DNA of 64,000 nt from an uncultured Planctomycetota bacterium (lineage in GTDB: Bacteria; Planctomycetota; Planctomycetia; Gemmatales; Gemmataceae), in contig CAWKHF010000012.1 in the NCBI GenBank assembly GCA_963849325.1, forward strand, positions 1-64,000, given 5' to 3'. Below are positions 1-8,423 of this stretch, in pieces (positions within the stretch are counted from its first letter, which is position 1; every line of letters begins with the position of its first letter). Position numbers and translations under genes: made by a program. A model generated the notes under the pieces. That model was not told the origin of the DNA. It was given only the letters and a program-made list of their open reading frames with translations, and searched no databases.

Positions 1-258
1 TGATGATGAACGGCATGACCGTCTGCTACTGCAACCTGACCATGGGCATGTGCAAGTGCGAGATGACCGACAAGGGCATCACCATCACCTGCACGTCCGG
101 CGACGCCAAGTGCGGCGAGATGATTCAGGCTTGCTGCGACTGCCTCCTGCATGATGAACGCCGGCTGCACCTGCTGCCTGATGATGAACAACACTCCCAT
201 CGCCTGCGGTTGCGAAACCTCCTCGATGAGCGGCAAGGCCTCGGCCAAGCGCTCATCC
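1..258 (+). CDS. 3' part of a small Cys/Met-rich protein (metallothionein-like composition); 5' end outside the window, frame break near 148
   Basis: The ORF 3..560 start (MMNGMTVCYCNLTMGMCKCEM...IQACCDCL) continues into the ORF 151 start (MMNAGCTCCLMMNNTPIACGC). No stop codon is visible, so the 3' end near 255 is approximate. Confidence 0.6.
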
Positions 259-465
259 TCGTCCTCTCCGCTTGCGGCCGGTGCTCTCTCCGCCGGCCGC
301 AAGTGGGGAGGTATTCCTCTCCATGCCGTTTGTGCCGTCCGCCGCGCACTCCTCCTCCGCGGTCCTCCTCGTCTGCCATTGACGACGCCGCGCGGCGCGT
401 TCATGCTGAAAGAGTTGTGGACGAACCTGAATTCCTCTTCCGGCCTGTTGCGGGAGATTGCCGCG

Positions 466-1098
466 ATGCGCACGCTCTTTTCGTTGCTGGCGCTGCTTAC
501 CTTGATGGTCTTCGGCGTAGTCGCCGATCCGCCCGCCGACAAGGAGAAGGATGCCCGTGACGAGTCGCCCCTGCAGATCGGCAAAGACCTGCCCGGTACC
601 TTTCATCCCTATAACGTCACCGGGACGCACGCGAAGCACTTTCATTGCCTGATCTCGGAGCACGGACTCGATCCGATGGTGATGATCTTCCACAAGGGCA
701 TGGATTTCGGCGATCCGCTGCGGGCCTTGGTGGAAAAGCTGGATGCGGCCATCGAGAAAAACCCGGACGTGCGCCTGGCGTCGTTCGTCGTCTTTCTGCC
801 CGACGAGTTGGCCGAGGTCGCCGGCCGCGACGACAAAAGCGATGACGCCCGCCTCAAGCTGGCCGAGTCGGTGGCGGCCTGGGGCGAGAAGATCAAGCTC
901 AAACACGTGGTCCTGTGCCTGGACAGCAAGGCGGACGTGGAGAAGTACAAGCTCAACGACGCCAACCTCGTTACCGTGGTGCTGTACCAGAAGTTCGAGG
1001 TCGCCGCCGTCTTCGCGCTGCCGGGGAGCGAGCTGGAGACATCCGTTGACAAGATCCTGACCGCCGTGGCCGACAAGCTCGGCGCGAAGCGGAAGTGA
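466..1098 (+). CDS. Secreted hypothetical protein (possible thioredoxin-like fold)
   Basis: GGAG at 453-456 precedes ATG 466. Signal peptide MRTLFSLLALLTLMVFGVVA. Codon usage is GC3-rich from this ATG onward. Confidence 0.75.
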   Translation: MRTLFSLLALLTLMVFGVVADPPADKEKDARDESPLQIGKDLPGTFHPYNVTGTHAKHFHCLISEHGLDPMVMIFHKGMDFGDPLRALVEKLDAAIEKNPDVRLASFVVFLPDELAEVAGRDDKSDDARLKLAESVAAWGEKIKLKHVVLCLDSKADVEKYKLNDANLVTVVLYQKFEVAAVFALPGSELETSVDKILTAVADKLGAKRK

Positions 1099-1101
1099 GC
1101 A

Positions 1102-1159
1102 GAGCCTGAAGCGTAAGCGAAGCGCACGACCAACTTCTCTTCGCTTACGCTTCAGGCTC
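1102..1159. repeat. REP-like palindrome, family A (GAGCCTGAAGCGTAAGCGAAG and its inverse)
   Basis: Perfect 21-bp inverted repeat starting 3 nt after a stop codon. Near-identical copies at 39525 and 44080. Confidence 0.9.
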
Positions 1160-1308
1160 GGAACTTGGCCGCCGAGCAGCGGCCTTGACCCTCCCTGCCG
1201 TCGTATTACAATGGAGTCCGTTACAACCCGCGTGAGTTGGCCGCGCCCGGCCGCGCGGGACGGCTCCCCTTTCTTCTTCGTATTACTCTCCTCGTCTGGG
1301 AAGCTGCC

Positions 1309-2686
1309 ATGAAATCGGCACAGTGGTTGGCCGTCCTGCTGTTGGCGGCCCTGGTCGGCGGTGTCACCTTCGTCATGGTGTACCTCGGCGGCAGCCGGGA
1401 CAACACTCCCGAGAAGCAAGCCCTGACGCTGGCCAGCTTGACATTCTCGGCCAAGAAGTATCCGCCAGACGGCGGACAGGTGCCGACCATCGAGGTCAAA
1501 CAAGTTGGCCATCACGATTTTTGGTTCAGCAACGACAGTGGCCGCGACGTGACCCTCGGCCTCAACAGCAAGAGCTGCAAGTGTACCGAGGTGGAAGTCT
1601 CGATCGTGTCGGAGCGAAGAAGGCCGTACTTGCTGGCCGAGACGATTGCCCTGATGTTAGACGCGCACCGCGGAGATTGGCAGACCTGCCGGTGGCGGTG
1701 GCGGCCGACGAACGCGGTCGAGAGACCCCCGAGGTACACGACACGGACGTGACGACGACGGCGATCAACGAGAAAACCTCGACGGTGGTGCCGGCCGGCG
1801 CCCTCGGTTGGGTGCGCCTGGACTGGCGCGGCGAAGCGGTCGGGACGCGCTTCCTCAACGCCGACCTGTGGATGAACCTTCGCGGCGGCAGCCTTAACGC
1901 CCTGCTTGAGGTGGGCGCCCTCATTGTCGATCCGATCGAGGTGGACCGTGACGTATCGGCCGGCAACCTCCACGTCCGCGACCTGGAGGCGGGCAAGAAG
2001 CTGTGGATTGTGTGCTGGTCCGCCACCCGGCCGTCGTTCCACCTTAAGTCCCAGCGCGTCCAGGAGCGCGGCGTGTCGGATTCGGACCCGATCGAGGTGG
2101 GTGAGCCGATGGCGCTGAGCGACAAGGACCTGCGCCGGGTCCAGCAATCGCCGCGGCGCAGACGATGCCCGTACTATCCGGCTATCGCGTCCCGGTGACA
2201 CTGCACGCCCGGGCGAAGGACGGCACGCCGTTCGAGCTGGGCCACTTCCGCCGCTACGTCCAGCTGGCGAGCGACGACGAGGGCATCGAGCCGGTGCAGG
2301 TGCGGATCAGCGGCATGGTGCAGGGCGACGTGACGGTGGGCGACGGCAAGGAGGGACGCGGGTCGATCAGCCTCGGTCCGTTTCACCGCAGCCGAGGAGC
2401 GCGCGGCTCCATCACCGTGCAAACCGATAAGGACTTCGACCTCACGCTGGACTCGTCGCGCATCCCGGCGTACCTGAAGGTGGATTTCCCGGACAAGCCG
2501 GAGATGACGCCGAGCGGACACCGGGTCTGGGTGCTGTCGGTGGAGGTGCCGCCCAACGCCGCCCAGGGCGAATTCCCGCGTTCGGACGATCCGGTCTACC
2601 ACGACAGCGCGATTTATGTCAAAACTAACGAGAAGCCGCCGCGCTTCATCCGCATCCCGGTGACGGGGGCGGCCAACGAATTCTGA
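1309..2686 (+). CDS. Membrane-anchored hypothetical protein, DUF1573/Ig-like; frame breaks near 1665 and 2155
   Basis: N-terminal TM helix and HDFWFSNDSGRDVTLGLNSKSCKCT motif. ORFs 1237, 1323 and 2165 join into one protein ending FIRIPVTGAANEF. Confidence 0.65.
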
Positions 2687-2794
2687 TTTGCTGTCCGGAA
2701 CGAGACCCTCACGGACGAGGGCGCCTTCGGGTTTCCGTCGCGGCCCGAAGGTGTGGTCCCGCATTCATCGATCCCGAACGGAGGAAGGCCGCTC

Positions 2795-4497
2795 ATGAAC
2801 AGGCCGAACGACGAGCCGAATACGCCACCCGCCCCGCCATCGTCAACCGCGCCGCTTGCTTCCGCCCTGAGTCGGGGACTGAAGTTCAAGCTGGCGGCCC
2901 TGGGTCTGACGCTGGTCAGCGCCCTGGCCGGCACCGGCCTGGCTGCTGGCTCAAGACCCCGCCTCCGGCGGAGAAGACGGCCGAGGGACCGATGCGCATC
3001 CCGGCCCGTCTGTTCCCCAACTGGGGCAAGCCGGACCTCGTCGTTCTGCTGTCGGCCCAGGAACACGGCTACATGCTGCCGTGTGGCTGCTCCTATCCGC
3101 AGGTCGGCGGCCTGGAGCGGCGCTATAACCTCCTGCATCTGCTCCAGCAACGCGGCTGGCCGGTCGTCGCCGTCGATCTGGGCGATGTGCCGCAGAAGCG
3201 TGGGCCGGCCAACCTGCCTAACGTGCAGGGACTCCTCAAGTACCGCTATTCGATGATGGCCCTCAAGGAGATGGGCTATCTCGGCGTCGGCGTCGGCGAG
3301 CACGAGGCCGCCCTGTCGCTGGGCAAGATCGAGGGTGAATGGGCCCTCAACGAACCGAAGCCGGCCGTCCTCGCCGGCAACCTGGAGAATCCCGGCAATT
3401 TCCCCGGTCTTCAGTCCCTGGCCGCCGTCGTGGTGCCGGGCACCACCGGCATCAAGGTCGGCGTGACGAACATCGTCGGGCCGACGGTCGCGGAGAGCAT
3501 CAAGGATCCGGCCGTGAAGTTCAAGAGCACGGCCGGCGCCCTGCGCGAGCAGTTGCAGAACATGCAGGCCGAGAAGGTCGATCTGCCCATCCTGCTCTAT
3601 CACGGCCTGGCCACGCCGCGCAAGGATGGCGTGGTGGAGTCCGTCGCCTGCGCCAAGGCGTTTCCGCAGTTCCCGGTGGTCCTGTGCCTGAGTGAAGAGG
3701 ACGAGCCGCCGGCCCATCCGATCGCCGTGGAACATCCGCCGGGCAACCCCAATTACGTCTTCCGTCTCGGCCACAAGGGCAAGTACGTCGGCGTTCTGGG
3801 CGTCTTCCGCACCGGCCAGGCCAACCCCGCCTTCACCTACAAGTATCAACTCGTCGAGGTAGGCGTGGAGTACGTGACGCCGCCGAGCCAGGAAGCCGGC
3901 CATCCCATCCTCAAGATTTATGAGGACTACACGCGCGAGCTGAAGAAGGACGATTACCTGGGCCGTTACGGCCAGAGCACTCATCTGGTGCAGGCGATGA
4001 ATCCGGTCGCGGGCCTGCGCAATCCTGGCAATGGCGTGCCCGGCTACATCGGCTCGGAGGCGTGCCAGAAGTGTCACGATCACGCCTACGACGTTTGGAA
4101 GAAGAGCGATCACAGTCACGCTTATCAGACGCTGGTCGATGCCCGTCATCCGTCGCTGCGGCAGTACGACGGCGAGTGCATCGTCTGTCACACGGTCGGC
4201 TTTGGCTACAAGACCGGCTTCACCGACGAGCACAAGACGCGCCATCTGGAGAACGTCGGCTGCGAGAGCTGTCACGGGCCGGGCAGCCTGCACGCCAAGA
4301 ACCCCGACAACGAAGAATTACGTCAGCGCATGAACCAACCGTGGCGCGGAGCGAAGAACGCCAACGCGCGGGAGCTGGCCATCGAAAAGTTCTGCGTGAC
4401 CTGTCACGACATCGACAACGACGTGACCTGGATCCACAACAACAAGAAGAACCCCTTCAAGGACAAGTGGTCGAAGATCGTCCACACCACGCCATGA
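2795..4497 (+). CDS. Multiheme c-type cytochrome (c554-like, 4 CxxCH) with an N-terminal UshA/5'-nucleotidase-like domain; frame break near 2940
   Basis: Heme motifs CQKCH, CIVCH, CESCH, CVTCH. N-domain has HGYMLPCGC...GGLERR and VDLGD. The TM anchor lies in the upstream frame, with GGAGG before ATG 2795. Confidence 0.85.
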
Positions 4498-4501
4498 CAG
4501 A

Positions 4502-4578
4502 AATAGGGAATAGGGAATAGGGAATAGAAGTGCCAGCCACTCCTCCCTATTCCCTATTCCCTATTCCCTATTCCCTAT
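4502..4578. repeat. Inverted tandem heptamer repeat (AATAGGG)n...(CCCTATT)n between convergent genes; probable bidirectional terminator
   Basis: Directly visible. It supplies the last codons and the TAG stop of the minus-strand gene. Confidence 0.85.
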
Positions 4579-5721
4579 GCGGGCTGCGGCGTTGGCGACG
4601 AGGTCCAGGGCGGCCGGACCCAGCCGTCCGCTGTTGACCGTCAAGTGATACTCCAATGGGTCGGCCCAGTCGGCGCCGAAGTAACTCTCGTGGAAGCGGC
4701 GCCGGCGCGCGTCGCTCTGTTCGATGAGGCGGCGGGCCGGCTCCTCGCGCAGCCAGCGGTGCTCCATGACTCGGCGCACCCGCGTCGGATACTCGGCGAC
4801 CAGCCGGACGTGGAAGGCGCCGCGATGATCGCGGAGGAAGCGGTTGCCGCCGCGGCCGATCAACAAGACGTTGCCCTTCTCGGCCAACTCCTTCATCAAA
4901 TGCCCCAGCGCCTCGAAGTAACGATGGTGCAGACCGCCGGAGCGCAAGCGCTGCCACAACCCCGGCGGCTGCTCGTCCACCTGTTCCAGCTCGGCCTCGC
5001 TGACGCCCAGGCGGATCGCCTCGTATTCCAGCAGCTCGCGGTCGAAGACGCGCAGACTGAGGCGGAGTCCGAGGGTCAGACCGAAGCCGGTGTCGCCGGC
5101 CCCCAGCTGGCGCGACAGCGTCAGCACACGCGGGCGGGAGGCGACGGCCGGCTCCTCTCTCTCCTCGCGCATCAGGTCTTGTACGCACGCCACCACGTCG
5201 TCCAGCGGCACGCGATCCGTGTTAGCCACCAGGTCATACTGCTCCGGCCGCAGCGCGTCCGGCCCGAAGAAGTAGCGCGTGAAGCGATCGCGGCTGCGGT
5301 CCACTTCCAGGCAGCGCGCCCGCGCCTGCTCCATCGACCAACCCTCGCGCAGGGCCATGCGCTGCACGCGCCAGTCCTGCGGGGCAACGAGGCGGAGATG
5401 GAAGGCGCCCGGCAGGTCGCCCAGCAGTTGCCGCGAACCGCGTCCGACCAGCACGACCCGGCCGCGCTCCGCCGCGCGCCGCGCCGCCTCGGTGACACCG
5501 TGCATGTAGCGCTGGTGCGGCGGATGCAGGCGGAAACGATCACCCATGCCCAGCGCCTTCTCGTCGAGGCGTTGCAGCTCCGCGTCGGGCACTTGCTCGA
5601 CGGCGGCGGCCTGATGCAGCAGCTCACGATCGAGTAGCTCCCAGCCGAGCGCCTCGGCCAGCCGCCGCGCCACCTCGCCGCCGCCGGCCCCATACTGGCG
5701 CGATACCGTGATGACGTTCAT
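4561..5721 (-). CDS. Cytidylate kinase-like family protein with two tandem domains
   Basis: Two P-loop-like motifs (ITVSRQYGAGG, LTLSRQLGAGD), each followed by an LxGRG motif and a YDL/YHL-type C-terminal motif. Confidence 0.85.
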   Translation of the reverse strand: MNVITVSRQYGAGGGEVARRLAEALGWELLDRELLHQAAAVEQVPDAELQRLDEKALGMGDRFRLHPPHQRYMHGVTEAARRAAERGRVVLVGRGSRQLLGDLPGAFHLRLVAPQDWRVQRMALREGWSMEQARARCLEVDRSRDRFTRYFFGPDALRPEQYDLVANTDRVPLDDVVACVQDLMREEREEPAVASRPRVLTLSRQLGAGDTGFGLTLGLRLSLRVFDRELLEYEAIRLGVSEAELEQVDEQPPGLWQRLRSGGLHHRYFEALGHLMKELAEKGNVLLIGRGGNRFLRDHRGAFHVRLVAEYPTRVRRVMEHRWLREEPARRLIEQSDARRRRFHESYFGADWADPLEYHLTVNSGRLGPAALDLVANAAARIGNRE

Positions 5722-5862
5722 GGGACGCCCCTGGCATTGGATGGTCCGCGATCCCAAATCGGAGAGGTGCTGCGAGCATAAAAGAATGGTCGTCGTTGTG
5801 CAAGAAGTCGCACGCGGAATTGGAGAGATCCATACCTTCGAGGCACGAACTTGTTGCCGACT

Positions 5863-5912
5863 AGCCCGGAGCGCCAGCGACGGGTACAGACCCGTCGCTG
5901 GCGCTCCGGGCT
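5863..5912. repeat. REP-like palindrome (AGCCCGGAGCGCCAGCGACGGGT and its inverse)
   Basis: Perfect 23-bp inverted repeat downstream of the stop at 5936. Confidence 0.85.
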
Positions 5913-5935
5913 TGTGTTCCTTTTGTTCGTGGCTC

Positions 5936-7330
5936 TTATTTGCTGATCGTCACCTCGTAGCGGACGTTGTAGGCGGCGACCTTCTCCTGACCCGGCGGCG
6001 GCGTGCCGCGGAGAATCGCCGTGCCGCCGTCGAGCTTGTAGACGAAGGGCTTGCCGGTGACGGCATCGACCGGCAGCGGCAGTTTGATGTCCTTGAGTTG
6101 GACGGGTAGTTTGCCGTCATGCTCGGCGGCGTACAGCCGCAGCGCCTCGACGCAGCGCAGCAAGCCGAGACGCTGTTCCAGCCGCGCCTGCGCTTGTTTC
6201 AGCTTGCCGCAGGCCGGCACCATACCGGCGGCAAACAAGGTATCCTCGCGTTCCCCAAGGTGTTGCCTGGCGGCGCGAAACACAGGTTCGGCTTGCCAAA
6301 ACGGCAACGTCGTCACCTTCATCACCTCGTCGCGCCGCACCTCGAATTCAAGTTTCTCATCGAGCAGAATCACCTGTGGGACAGAGAATTTCCGGACCTT
6401 CTCCTCCGCCAGCCCCGAGGCGATTAGTCGCTTGCGGGCGGCGCGGACATGGTTCTCATCCCTGGCCCACGTGTTAAGCCTGGCGGATACGTCTCGGTTA
6501 AGGTTGTAGTCTTTCATCAGCTTGATGATGCGGTACACGGCATTTTGTACCTCAGCCTCACTCATCGGCGCACGGTCGTCGAGGCGGTCGAGGATGTCCG
6601 CCATCATTACTACCTCGCCCTGCACACCCTTGCGGAGGTCGAGGAACGGATGCGGCAGGTTCGTGAGCGCCCAGTACAGGTTCGGACAACCGGGCTGCGG
6701 GACCATCTCGTCCAGCGGGCCGACGGCGAGGGATGCGACGGCGATGCCGACCAGGTTGGTGATGAGCGACGGATGTTCGCCCAGATGGCGTGACAGGGCA
6801 AACATCGTCTTGGCCGTTACGATGGCATCCTCGAAACGCCGCTCCGCGACTTCGAGGCGGAAGCGCACCTTCAGCACCCCTCCCAATTCGCGCAGCCCCT
6901 GGATGTCCGGCAACAAGAGGCTAGGACCTTCGCGCCGGAGCGGGAGAAGGATTTGCCAGTCCGGCGTGTCGAGTCGAGCGGCATAGTCGGCGTAGCGAAG
7001 GGGGCCGCGGATAAGGCCGGAGTTCCGCATCTCCTCCAGGGGCAGATCGCGCAGCGGCATGGACTGCCATTTCTCCCGCTTCTCGACCACCTCCTTGTTC
7101 CTCCAGAAGTTGTACTGCTCCGCGAAACACTTGGAGTACGCCTGGATCGGATTGCCGGGGTTCATCTCGCGCAGCTCCGGCAGAAGCTGGTACTTCAGGG
7201 CCAGCTTCGGCGCCGGCGCCGGCCGCACGGTCAGGCGGATGACGGTTTCGGTCGGTTCGGCGGCCGCGGCCATCCGGCCGGCGAGCGGCAGGACGAGCAG
7301 TACGGCGCAGACGGAGAGCGCTGTCCTCAT
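5936..7330 (-). CDS. Secreted alpha-helical hypothetical protein
   Basis: 464-aa ORF with a signal peptide. AAAGGAGG SD on the minus strand upstream. C-terminal EALRLYAAEHDGKLP...LPVDAVTGKPF motif. Confidence 0.8.
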   Translation of the reverse strand: MRTALSVCAVLLVLPLAGRMAAAAEPTETVIRLTVRPAPAPKLALKYQLLPELREMNPGNPIQAYSKCFAEQYNFWRNKEVVEKREKWQSMPLRDLPLEEMRNSGLIRGPLRYADYAARLDTPDWQILLPLRREGPSLLLPDIQGLRELGGVLKVRFRLEVAERRFEDAIVTAKTMFALSRHLGEHPSLITNLVGIAVASLAVGPLDEMVPQPGCPNLYWALTNLPHPFLDLRKGVQGEVVMMADILDRLDDRAPMSEAEVQNAVYRIIKLMKDYNLNRDVSARLNTWARDENHVRAARKRLIASGLAEEKVRKFSVPQVILLDEKLEFEVRRDEVMKVTTLPFWQAEPVFRAARQHLGEREDTLFAAGMVPACGKLKQAQARLEQRLGLLRCVEALRLYAAEHDGKLPVQLKDIKLPLPVDAVTGKPFVYKLDGGTAILRGTPPPGQEKVAAYNVRYEVTISK

Positions 7331-7355
7331 GGGGATCCTCCTTTGTGGGGATTGT

Positions 7356-7757
7356 TCAGTTTAAGAACTTCGAGGGCGGCGCGCCGAAGGCGCGCAACGG
7401 CGGATCGGGCGAGACCATCGGTCCTTCGTCAGCCGGGGCAGGCCAATCGCCTTCCGACGCTAGTAGGCGCTCGTTCAGTACCCCTAACTCGGAAGGATCG
7501 CGGAGCAAAGGCGGGGTATCGGACGGTTCGGGGAGGGCGAACGAGGCAGTCGGCGGAGCGGGCTGCGCAGTGGGGGCCCGCATCCACAAGCCGGCAAGAG
7601 TCCAGACCTGGCACGCCGCCAGCACGCCGGCGAGGAGTTGCCAGCGACGGTTCGGCCGGGCCGAGGCGCGGCCGGCCGCGAACAGCAAGGCGTCGCGGTC
7701 CAGTCCGGCACCGTCGGGCGTGAAGCGACTCAGACGTTCGGCGAGCGGTTCGGACAT
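7356..7757 (-). CDS. Small single-TM protein, putative anti-sigma factor
   Basis: 133 aa; overlaps the 3' end of the ECF sigma gene. LDRDALLFAAGRAS precedes a TM helix. Confidence 0.65.
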   Translation of the reverse strand: MSEPLAERLSRFTPDGAGLDRDALLFAAGRASARPNRRWQLLAGVLAACQVWTLAGLWMRAPTAQPAPPTASFALPEPSDTPPLLRDPSELGVLNERLLASEGDWPAPADEGPMVSPDPPLRAFGAPPSKFLN

Positions 7758-8222
7758 GGCACACCCAACTCCTTGCGCAGGGCGTCGAGTCCCGCGCTAT
7801 AGCGGCGGAAGGCGGTGCTGGCGGAGCAGCCGGCCACCTCCGCGATCTGTTCAAAACTCAGCCCGCCCCACAGGCGGGCGACAATGACCTCGCGCTCCTC
7901 GATCGGCAGGCGTTGCAAGCGCCGCCACCGCCGCAGCGGCGTCGAGTCCGTCCACGTCCGGCTCGACGAACCAGCGGACGGGACGGGCGACGGCCGACTC
8001 GCGCCGCTGTCGCCGCCGCGCCGCCTTGGCCGCGTCGAGGGCCGCGTTGCGCACGACGCGGTACAACCAGGGCACGACGGCCCGCGGCGCCTGCCGCCGC
8101 GACGCCAGCTTGAGGAACGCCTCTTGAACAACGTCCTCGGGCGCATCGCACCACTGCCGGGCGTAGAGGAGCAACGCCGGCCCGTGACCGTCCAGCAGAG
8201 GCACGAAGTCGTTGGGACGCAT
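7730..8222 (-). CDS. ECF RNA polymerase sigma-70 factor; frame break near 7930
   Basis: Region 2 (PEDVVQEAFLKL, WLYRVVRNAALD) and region 4 (LPIEEREVIVARLWGGLSFEQIAE) lie in two overlapping frames. Confidence 0.85.
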
Positions 8223-8423
8223 CAGGAAATGAGACGACGCGGACGCCGAAACATTCCGCGAAAAGGCGAAGGATCCAGCTGGATCAATTTTCACTCGCCC
8301 TTGTCCGCCTGGTCGGTATGATGGCAGAGAGCATTTCGCCGGGGCGTTCGCCGTCGTTGGATCGGGAAGACCTTCATGTCAGGCACACCAAGATTCGCCC
8401 GTCACGGCCGGAGCACATGGAAT

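Noticed and set aside
151-1098. Single 315-aa ORF fusing the Cys-rich peptide to the secreted protein
   Set aside because: The linker looks non-coding, and an SD plus signal peptide at 466 indicates a separate gene. The missing stop is probably an error, though this is not proven.
5841-5858. Sigma-54-like site AGGCACGAACTTGTTGC
   Set aside because: GG-to-GC spacing is 12 rather than 10, and no plus-strand gene lies downstream.
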